Source: the human T2T-CHM13v2.0 reference genome, Homo sapiens
Assembly: GCF_009914755.1 (NCBI RefSeq)
Contig: NC_060928.1
Length of the DNA stretch: 64,000 nucleotides
Direction: 5' to 3' (one strand)
Under the pieces are notes generated by a model. That model was not told where the DNA came from and ran no database searches. It saw only the letters and a program-made list of their open reading frames with translations. Shown piece after piece: positions 50,133 through 64,000 of the stretch. Position numbers and translations under genes: made by a program. The number at the start of each line of letters is the position of its first letter. The first letter of the stretch is position 1.

Positions 50133-51869
50133 GGAGGGAGAACAGAGAAGAGGGTAGAAAATCCAAGGAGAGAGGTGAAAGTTTGGAAATGCCCCTGAAA
50201 AGAGTAAGAAAAGATAAGGAATAAATCTAATTGTTGAGACAGAAATAAAATTGAGAATTTAGACTAGGTATGTAACTGTGGTACAGAATGAACTTATGAA
50301 TTCAGAACCTGGACATTAGGTCAAGGTGACACGAGCTGATAGGCTGCAGCCCAAAACCTAAATTGGCATTAAAGGCAGCAGGATTTGGGCTTTGAACTCC
50401 TTTGGTTTGGAAAATTTCTCCCTCTGTACAAACTGCTGAGACCACCCAACTTTGAACATGCCTTCTGAGGAAATAAGGGAGTCACAGTGAAACAATGTTC
50501 ACTAGCTTGAGCCATCATGTATGTATCCTTGAATACTTGCATATACTTTGCATTGTTTACTAGGTGAAGGGATGGTAAAAAAAAGTGGAAATTTCCTTAG
50601 TTGAATTGAGCTCCTCTTCCCACCAGTCTTCAAACTCATACCAGCCCTGTGTCCAGTACAGTCCTTGTGGAATGGTCAGCAGGCTTGGGCAGAACGACCT
50701 CATTTCTAAGAAAGAGCAGGAAAAGGCTGAGGCCAGCATGAGAAACTTTCTAAGTTACTGGAGTTGTGTAATCTAGTTGGTAACTTTCCATAGCTTTTGA
50801 GCTGCAGGCCCAGTGAAAGATGGGCATCTGTGGGATTATTCTGGTGCACTGGAGGGGATGACTTGGTGGGTTAAAGTAGAAGAGTGGGACAAGGTTCATG
50901 CTGCATCTTAGCACTGCAATACTAGGAATACAAAACTTCTCACTAATTTGGAATAAACATCAAAAGAGGTCAAATTCTCCAAAGGATACAGTAAGTCTTA
51001 GGGAATGAGATGCTAAGGTATAAAGACACTGTATGACCACTTAAGTAAGGAGGACTCACCTAGTGGTACCACAAGTTTCCTCCCTTGGATCATCTCCAGG
51101 GCTGGATTCTCACTTGGCGATTAGGGGATCCTAATCACAGCATAGATGATTATCACAATTTCAAAATCAAATAAAAGAAACCAGACACAATTCATTCCCT
51201 GTGATTATGTTTATGTAAGGTTCAAAAACAGGAAAACCAACTTAAGGTGTTAGAAATCAGGACAGTGGTTACCTCTGAGATGGGGTGAAGAGAGAGTAAT
51301 GGATGGAAGGTGGATTTCTAAGGTACTGGTAGTGATTTGTCTTAGGGTGATGGTTATATAGGTTTCTCTACTTTGTGACAGTTCATCAACCTGTATATTT
51401 AATATTTGTGCCATTTTCTGGTATATGCATTCTACTTCCATAAGAGAGTTTACATTAACATGATAGCATACAAAGTTGCCCATTTTACTGAAGTTCTAAA
51501 ACCTTTGAATCACTATATAAATACTCATCATGTTTCTTGTTCTGTAAGGCAGCAACAATTTATCCTGCAACTCTACAAACCCTAATGTAACTCAGGAATG
51601 GGGCCAATGAGTACAATGTAGAGCTTTAGATGTGGTATGGGAAGCATCCAGATAGATCCCTGAGCTGTCATAATGGAATCACAGAGCTGTCAGGGATCTC
51701 AAAGAACAGGGGAGAACAATTTTAGAAAATCCATTATGGGGTAGGGGCTTTGATGAAGGCTTGGTTAACAAATACCCTACAGAACTCCCTAATGTCCCTC
51801 TCCTGATGAATCATAGAGGGCATCTCCTGGATCACAAGCAATTGAGAGGAAATGTTTGACATCAAAATA

Positions 51870-52150
51870 ATCATAGGTAACATCTGCTGAGTGCTTTCTA
51901 TGAGCCAGGCCCTGTTCTAAGCTCTTTGAAGGCAATAACTTACTTAGTCCTTGCTACACTATGAGGTAGATATTAGGATATTATTATTCTTACACAAAAA
52001 TATAAGCTTTATTAATCTCATTACACAGATGAAAAAATCAGAGGCACAGAGTGGTTAAGCAATTTCCCCAGGATCACACATTAAATAATAAGAGGCGGCA
52101 AGATTTGAACCCAGGCAATCTGGCTACAGAGCCCATACTCTTAACTTTTA
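51870..52150 (-). mobile_element. MIR SINE
   Basis: ttacacagatgaaaaaatcagaggcacagagtggttaag...gatttgaacccaggcaatctgg. Confidence 0.75.
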
Positions 52151-53326
52151 TCCACACAGCTAGCTCTTCTAGGCTAATTAGCACCTTCAGAAACTGCTTT
52201 TGCGTGCACACTCAGTAAGGGTATCAAATACAATTTTTTATGCAGTGGAAGAATGTTCTTTCTACCCAAAGAAAATATTGTGGGTTTTTTTTTTCCCTCC
52301 ACTGGCTGTGGTTAGAAACTCATCTGTGTGGAAAGCCTTCACTTTGGCAGCTTTGCAATAAAAACCCTTCCTGTAGCCTAGTCACGGGGGAAATTTGGAA
52401 TCAGGGGAAGCCGCTGACCAACTAGAAGCTTCTGACTTAAGAGGAGCTTGGGCGTGACAATAAGTAACTCTCCCAATCACAGCAGTGGCAGGATCCCTCT
52501 CCTGGCAAAGCCCTTTTCTGCTTAAGACTGGTCCAGTGTCAAACCCTAAGTCCCTGGGAAGAAGGGAGGTTATAGACTGCATGTCATTTTGTAACATCAG
52601 AGTTTTCTCACTGAGACCCTGTAAGTTCTAAGCAACTAAATAGAAGGTGTCCAAGGAATGTACTAACAGTTAAGATATTAGCATTTCCTACCATTGGACC
52701 CGTTTCTTTCTGTAAATATGTGCTTCTGGAAATGATGGTTTAAAGAAACTAAGAGAAGACAAATAGAACCCTGACCTGGTTCAGACTGTCCACAGGTGCC
52801 AGGCTGTCTGGGGACTCTATGTTTCCAGCCCAGGTAACAGTTAGGTGTTAGCAGATGGCAAAGTGTTTGTTTGCTAGAATGATGCTTGAATGAAGCCATC
52901 ATGAATTTTTGTAACCCGTGCAGTATTTCTGCTTGCCTGGGCAGTGATCTCAATATGTGAGACCTGATAATTATGGCTCATGTCATGCAACTTCATTATA
53001 TGAAGGCTAATTTTAAGGATATTCATAGATGTCGGCTTGGTGCCACAAACAACTCAAAAATTTTCAGTCATCAAATAAAGAAGATTCATAAAAATAACTC
53101 TTTTTATAGTAAGTCATCACTTCTTGACTTAATAATTTCTGTTTCTTAGAGGGGAGCTGTTTCAGATTCTCTCAATGGTACAGATTTGGTTTCTGTTGTT
53201 TTGATGCTATGTCCCCCAAATGCAGCAACAACAAACAACATATGACTGAGATGCTTTGCCCTATTGTTCATGACTTAGTGATCAATAAGATTCTGTGTTC
53301 TTTCCATAAATTTAAAATTTGTTTCA

Positions 53327-53695
<369 letters not shown>

Positions 53696-53703
53696 AAAAT
53701 ACT

Positions 53704-53823
53704 GGCTGGGCACAGTGGTTCACCCTGTAATCCCAGCACATTGGGAGGCTAAGGCAGGCAGATCACTTGAGGCCAGGAATTCGAGACCAGTCTGGCCAAC
53801 AGGGTGAAACCCCATCTCTACTA

Positions 53824-53854
<31 letters not shown>

Positions 53855-53955
53855 TATATATATACACACACATATATACACACACACATATATATACATA
53901 TATATACACACATATACATACATACACACACACACACGCACACACATATATATAT

Positions 53956-53986
<31 letters not shown>

Positions 53987-54151
53987 TCCAGGTGTGGCGT
54001 TGGGTGCCTGTAATACCAGCTACTCAGGAGGCTGAGGCATGAGAATTACTTGAACCCAGGATGCGGAGGCTGCAGTGAGCTGAGATCCTGCCACTGCACT
54101 CCAGACTGGGCAGCAGAGCGAGACCCTGTCTCCATTAAAAAACAAAACAAA
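53704..54151 (+). mobile_element. Alu (S/J) whose central linker is expanded into a mixed (TA)/(CA) microsatellite (53824-53987)
   Basis: Left arm, about 165 bp of purine-pyrimidine alternation, right arm, A tail. Confidence 0.92.
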
Positions 54152-55248
54152 CTATATATTCATCAAAATAATAGACAAACACAGTCGTATGAATTGTATA
54201 ATTCAGAAAGTCTTCTAACAAAAACCAAATCATCTGTACCACTCATTCCCAGCCCAGTCCACTCCTTATCATATTTTTAATATTCAATCACTTTCTCCTG
54301 TTACTTGATGGTTTATTCTCCAATTATCTCTGTTTACTACTGAAACATTTTATTAATTTGGTTTACTGTGGTCTTGTTCTTGAACATTTTGGGCTTTATT
54401 TAAATGAAGAGTGAGCTGTCAGAAAACCTGCAAATTCACTACTGTTCTTGAGTCTCTCAGGGAGCAGGGGTTGCAAGGCAAGCAACTAACTTGAAATTTA
54501 AAAATCAACAGGCACATCCAAGGAGGAGTGGGCCATGAGCACTTCCTTGCCCAGGGCAGAGGCTTCTAGATGCCGTACAAGTTGGCAAGAAGAATTCAAC
54601 TAAGATTTTTAATTAATTGTTAAAGGCAGAGTGTGAGCTAGCATAATAATATAGAAATCTCAGAAGGTACAGGATTTGAACCCACTTACAAGTTCTTCAC
54701 TAAACCTGACCAGGCACTCACAAGAAAAGTTAGGGCAGGTTGAGGATGGTTTGTATAATGGCCAAGGAGCACTAAGCTTAGGGAGTTGACCTCTTTCACA
54801 GCAAGTCTGCTGTCTGTCTGGGGGAAGATGTTTCCTTATCCCTTAGGCTGCTCCCTGCAAACATAACCCCTAGGAGTGGCCGAGATAGGCATGAGAGCCT
54901 CACACTCTTACCACACCCAGCAAGAACTGGTGGGGACCCACACAGCCATCTCTTCTCCCAGCATGTCCAGAACCAGCCTCAGAGGACTCAGCCTGGGGAG
55001 TTTCTTCCATTAAATAAGGAAGTTATCTTTTTTTTTAATTATTATTATACTTTAAGTTATAGGGTACATGTGCACAATGTGCAGGTTAGTTACATATGTA
55101 TACATGTGCCATGCTGGTGCGCTGTACCCACTAACTCGTCATCTAGCATTAGGTATATCTTCCAATGTTCTCCCTCCCCCCTCCCCCCACCCCACAGCAG
55201 TCCCCAGAGTGTGATGTTCCCCTTCCTGTGTCCATGTGATCTTATTGT

Positions 55249-59080
<3,832 letters not shown>

Positions 59081-59143
59081 TATGATGTTAGCTGGTTATT
59101 TTGCTCGTTAGTTGATGCGGTTTCTTCCTAGTCTCGATGGTCT

Positions 59144-60160
59144 TTACATTTTGGCATGATTTTGCAGCGGCTGGTACTGGTTGTTCCTTTCCATGTTTAG
59201 TGCTTCCTTCAGGATCTCTTTTAGGGCAGGCCTGGTGGTGACAAAATCTCTCAGCATTTGCTTCTCTGTAAAGTATTTTATTTCTCCTTCACTTATGAAG
59301 CTTAGTTTGGCTGGATATGAAATTCTGGGTTGAAAATTCTTTTCTTTAAGCATGTTGAATATTGGCCCCCACTCTCTTCTGGCCTGTAGGGTTTCTGCCG
59401 AGAGATCCCCTGTTAGTCTGATGGGCTTCCCTTTGAGGGTAATCCGACCTTTCTCTCTGGCTGCCCTTAACATTTTTTCCTTCATTTCAACTTTGGTGAA
59501 TCTGACAATTATGTGTCTGGAAGTTGCTCTTCTCGAGGAGTATCTTTGTGGCATTCTCTGTATTTCCTGAATCTGAACGTTGGCCTGCGTTGCTAGATTG
59601 GGGAAGTTCTCCTGGATAATACCCTGCAGAGTGTTTTCCAACTTGGTTTCATTCTCCCCATCACTTTCAGGTACACCAATCAGACGCAGATTTGGTCTTT
59701 TCACATAGTCCCATATTTCTTGGAGGCTTTGTTCATTTGTTTTTATTCTTTTTTCTCTAAACTTCTCTTCTCACTTCATTTCATTCATTTCATCTTCCAT
59801 TGCTGATACCCTTTCTTCCAGTTGATCGCATCAGCTCCTGAGGCTTCTGCATTCTTCACGTAGTTCTCGAGCCTTGGTTTTCTGCTCCATCAGCTCCTTT
59901 AAGCACTTCTCTGTATTGGTTATTCTAGTTATACATTCTTCTAAATTTTTTTCAAAGTTCTCAACTTCTTTGCCTTTGGTTTGAATGTCCTCCCGTAGCT
60001 CAGAGTAATTTGATCGTCTGAAGCCTTCTTCTCTCAGCTCGTCAAAGTCATTCTCCATCCAGCTTTGTTCCGTTGCTGGTGAGGAACTGCTTTCCTTTGG
60101 AGGAGGAGAGGCGCTCTGCTTTTTAGAGTTTCCAGTTTTTCTGTTCTGTTTTTTCCCCAT
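59144..60160 (-). pseudogene. L1 ORF1 (1017 nt) with a premature TGA at 59831-59833
   Basis: MGKKQNRKTGNSK...QPLQNHAKM. The stop arises from CGA>TGA at codon 110. Confidence 0.95.
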
Positions 60161-61046
60161 CTTTGTGGTTTTATCTACTTTTGGTCTTTGATGATGGTGA
60201 TGTACGGATGGGTTTTTGGTGTGGGTGTCCTTTCTGTTTGTTAGTTTTCCTTCTTACAGACAGGACCCTCAGCTGCAGGTCTGTTGGAGTACCCTGCCGT
60301 GTGAGGTGTCAGTGTGCCCCTGCTGGGGGGTGCCTCCCAGTTAGGCTGCTCAGGGGTCAGGGGTCAGGGACCCACTTGAGGAGGCAGTCTGCCCGTTCTC
60401 AGATCTCCGCTGCGTACTGGAAGAACCACTGCTCTCTTCAAAGCTGTCAGACAGGGACATTTAAGTCTGCAGAGGTTACTGCTGTCTTTTTGTTTGTCTG
60501 TGCCCTGCCCCCAGAGGTGGAGCCTACAGAGGCAGGCAGGCCTCCTGGAGCTGTGGTGGGCTCCACCCAGTTCGAGCTTCCCAGCTGCTTTGTTTACCTA
60601 AGCAAGCCTGGGTAATGGCGGGCACCCCTCCCCCAGCCTCGCTGCCGCCTTGCAGTTTGATCTCAGAGTGCTGTGCTAGCAATCAGTGAAACTCCATGGG
60701 CGTAGGACCCTCTGAGCCAGGTGCGGGATATAATCTCGTGGTGCGCTGTTTTTTAAGCCCGTCGGAAAAGCACAGTATTTGGGTGGGAGTGACCCGATCT
60801 TCCAGGTGCCGTCAGTCACCCCTTTCCTTGACTAGGAAAGGGAACTCCCTGACCCCTTGTGCGTCGTGAGTGAGGCAACACCTCGCCCTGCTTCAGCTGG
60901 TGCACGGTGCACGCATCCACTGACCTGCGCCCACTGTCTGGCACTCCCTAGTGAGATGAGGCCGGTACCTCAGATGGAAATGCAGAAATCACCCGTCTTC
61001 TGCGTCACTCACGCTGGGAGCTGTAGACCGGAGCTGTTCCTATTCC
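60161..61046. promoter_or_regulatory. L1 5' UTR: CpG-rich sense promoter and antisense promoter
   Basis: Canonical primate L1 5' UTR. ORF0 start at 60615 on the + strand. Confidence 0.8.
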
Positions 61047-62939
61047 GGAAGTTATCTTTAAATAGGGACGATCCCTTTTCTGCGGGTGATGCCTGGGCCA
61101 CAGGTTTGTTGCTGAGAATAGGTTGTGAAATAATGGGAGGGAAAGGTTGGAACCTGCCCCTTCCAGCCTTGAGGGATTGTGGGGGGTGATAAGAGAAGAG
61201 GGGAGATGGCCTTTCTCAATACAGAGGTAGACATGTGGGTTAGAGCAGACCAGGAAAATGCTGACAGCACCAGGACTCTGGGAAGCTGACCACCTCAGAC
61301 ACTCACCCACTCACCAACCTGGGCCACCACAGCCAAGAAATCCCAGTGGTTCAGTTCAGTGAAGGTGAGGGGGGCTGCAGGCCAGGTGTCCAGAGCTGCT
61401 CTCTACTCTACTGTGGTGTGGCTTCAACCCAGACCATCCCACAGTGACCCAGGATGAAAGTCGACTGGGCCTCATTTCTCTGCCTCCCTGGGTTCACCTG
61501 GCCATGTGCTCCTGGACCCACTCATGAGCCTTTGGCCAGCCATGGGAAATCCTTTCCATTTCTTCCCCTCATTTCTCATTTTAGGTACCTTGGGCTAGTA
61601 AGGGCTGTAGTTTGGCCTGCTTGGCCTGGAGGAACATGACTTGCCCCAGGTGATGCTATTGACCTTACCTCCTAACGGCTTGTTGTGTGTCCTATGGGAG
61701 CTATTGCTGCTGAAGCCAGAGCTCCGCCATGTTCAAGGTCAGATGCAACATGGTTCGACTTCCCTCAGTGCTGCCTGGAGAGGCTGGGAGCACTGCAGAA
61801 AAGTTTTGTGCATCACTTTGTATCTGCATTCTCTTGGCCCCTACTTTAGTTACATTTCCTTTCATTCTGGCTTTCTCAGGATTGACCCCCTGCCCCAATA
61901 ATACACTGACTTTTAAGTTTTACTGCAGACTCTTTTTCCAGGCAACCCAGCCTCAAGTGGCATGTGTTGAGGTTAGTTAAGGGTTGGCCTGGGGACCTTG
62001 TCAAACAGGATCTCCACGATGAGGGTCAGGTGGCTTTAGGGATGGGAGTGGAAGAAAGTGAGAGTCAGACCTCTCGAGTCACAGTGTTTGCGGGAGTCTG
62101 GGTGGGGGCAGGTCAGTCAGGGGAGGTCATCAGGTCTTGACAAAGCCAGAACAAGTGACAGCTGCTTTCAGCCAGAGACTGACAATAAGACGAGCAGCCA
62201 CTGGGCAGTCCAGAGACACCTTCTGCAAAGCCACGTCTGAGAAGCCCTATGCTCCAAAGCCTCAAAAATGAAGTGTGCCCTCATATACTCAGATGCCAAC
62301 CCCAGGAAAAAGAAATGAAGCAGAAACAGAAGCCAGAGAGGTGAGTCATTCCAGAGAGGCTGCTTTGACCAGTCCTAAAAGAGAGAGTTCAGTGAATTTT
62401 TAAGATTAAAATTGGAAATAGAGAGGAAACCATTTAGATTGGAAGAGATAGAAATATTTTTCATTGACGAATCTGTTATTTCTGCTATCCAGGGTGGTGG
62501 GAGCCCCAGGAAGACGATCAGTTATAGATGAAAGTAAGAAATTGCATTTACTCTGCAAATCTGTGTGCCTTGTGAGTAATGTTGTGACCCTGCTATAATT
62601 CATTGGAGTTGTAGAGGAGAGCCTTTGCTGTTGGCCAAGATTACAGATATAAGGAGCACCCAGAATGGAACTAGATGGGCAGACAGGAGATATGAGCATT
62701 GCTGTTACCTAACTTTGTAACTGGGAGTGAATGCTTTCTTTCTCTTTAAACATGGCCATTTGACCAGATCTGTGATTCTAAAGTGGGGGTTGCAAACTGC
62801 AAATGCCCACAGGAGCCAGGCAGATAAGGCAAAGGGATGAAGTGGACCAGATGGGAAATGGGTGAACTGGAGCCCTTTTCCCCGCATGTGCACAGGGCAG
62901 ATGCTGCTTGAGTCCTGCAGGAATAAAGTTTGGTGTTCC

Positions 62940-63190
62940 CAGATAATAGGTTATGTTTACTAAGGGTTTAATATGCTTTAAACAAATCGATGATCTCATT
63001 TTAAGCTCACAATAACCCTATTCAGGAGGTACTATTATTATCTCTATTTTTCAGATGAGGAAAATAACTGGAGTTCCTTCCAGTCCTGAGGTAGAGAGGA
63101 TAAATAACTTGATGAAGGTCAGAGAAGTAGAAAGTTGCAGAACTGGGATTAAGACCCAGACAGTCCAGCTGCAGAGCATGCTTGATCATG
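62940..63190 (-). mobile_element. MIR SINE
   Basis: ctcacaataaccct...ggtactattattatctctatttttcagatgaggaaa...aataacttg...aaggtca. Confidence 0.65.
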
Positions 63191-63769
63191 ACGGCACAGT
63201 TCTCCTGATTTTTCCTGATTAGTGGGACATTGAGATTTTTTAAAAATTAAAATCTTGCAATTAAAAAATGAAAAGTTAAAAAAACAAAAAACAAAAACTC
63301 AGCGAGCTGCAGAAGACCAAAGTGAAAACTGAGCGAGCTTCAGAAGGTCTGTGAGTTGCCAGCTTGTATTTGGCATTCCAAGTCAATGACTCATGATGTA
63401 TCGTTGGAAAGCAATGATTTTGTAGGGTTGTTTTCCCCAAATATTCATACCAGAGTATAAACTTGTAGATTTTCCTTCAGAGTAGTCAAGTCGGGCACCT
63501 ACACACTGTTTCAGATAATGTTTCTTTGGCCCAAAATATTTTCAAAATTCCACGTTTGGAATTGCCTTCAGAAAGGTTCACAAATCAGTTATATTATCTT
63601 GTGGTCATATCTCATTTGGTGAGATATGGTAGAGAGTGTGTGTGCATGGGCATACACACCTGTGCTTATGCGCACACACACACAGAGTGGCTGCTCATGT
63701 TTTGCTGATGGATACTCAGAGGCATGTAGAGAATTTCACATTTCCAAAACAACAAAGAATTAGTGGAGG

Positions 63770-64000
63770 TGTCAGAGGTGTTTGAACCAGAGTGACTCCA
63801 TCTTGAATAGGTGTGATAGGAATCAGCAGGAAGAGTTTTGCAAGGTTCAAGCCACAAAGACCTCACGGATCAAATGAGATTAGGTGAAGAAGCTGGCCAA
63901 AACCCACCAAAACTAAGATGGCCCTAAAAGGGACCTCTGTCATCCTCACTGCTCATTAAAAGCTAATTAAAATGTATTAGCATGCTAAAAGACACTCCCA
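63770..64000 (+). mobile_element. MER41-family ERV1 LTR, 5' part (runs off the window)
   Basis: tgtcagaggtgtttgaaccagagtgactccatcttgaatagg...aaaacccaccaaaactaagatggc...tagcatgctaaaagacactccca. Confidence 0.88.

Noticed and set aside
54410-55017. Possible LTR-like element hosting the L1 insertion
   Set aside because: Could not identify termini, TSD or family by eye.
60163-60615. 150-aa ORF antisense to the L1 5' UTR
   Set aside because: Starts at a non-ATG codon, is a generic L1 5' UTR antisense translation, and is not ORF0 (which starts at 60615).

Overview
Primate (human or near-human) genomic DNA. Bases 1 to about 36,800 hold the 3' part of DCUN1D4 (DCN1-like protein 4, a cullin-neddylation co-E3) on the + strand. 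Six coding exons splice with GT-AG ends and consistent phases into the C-terminal 178 aa ([17 protein letters not shown]...[23 protein letters not shown]), followed by a ~3.2 kb 3' UTR. The introns carry Alus, old L1/L2/MIR/MER33 fragments and solo LTRs. Downstream lie a degenerate ERV-L provirus with nested inserts (~41.9-50.0 kb, minus strand), an almost full-length but inactivated L1PA2/PA3-type LINE-1 with a 13-bp TSD (55.0-61.0 kb, minus strand), and the start of a MER41-family LTR at the window edge. I saw no RNA genes or CRISPR arrays and cannot claim a wholly new system. The best leads are: (1) a candidate poison exon with two donors at 28,871; (2) a stop-free last intron whose retention would give DCUN1D4 a poly-Ile hydrophobic tail; (3) an L1 missing exactly its 5' YY1 site; (4) a multi-segment templated insertion inside the ERV-L RT. 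Repeat family calls are by eye against remembered consensus sequences and need RepeatMasker/Dfam confirmation.
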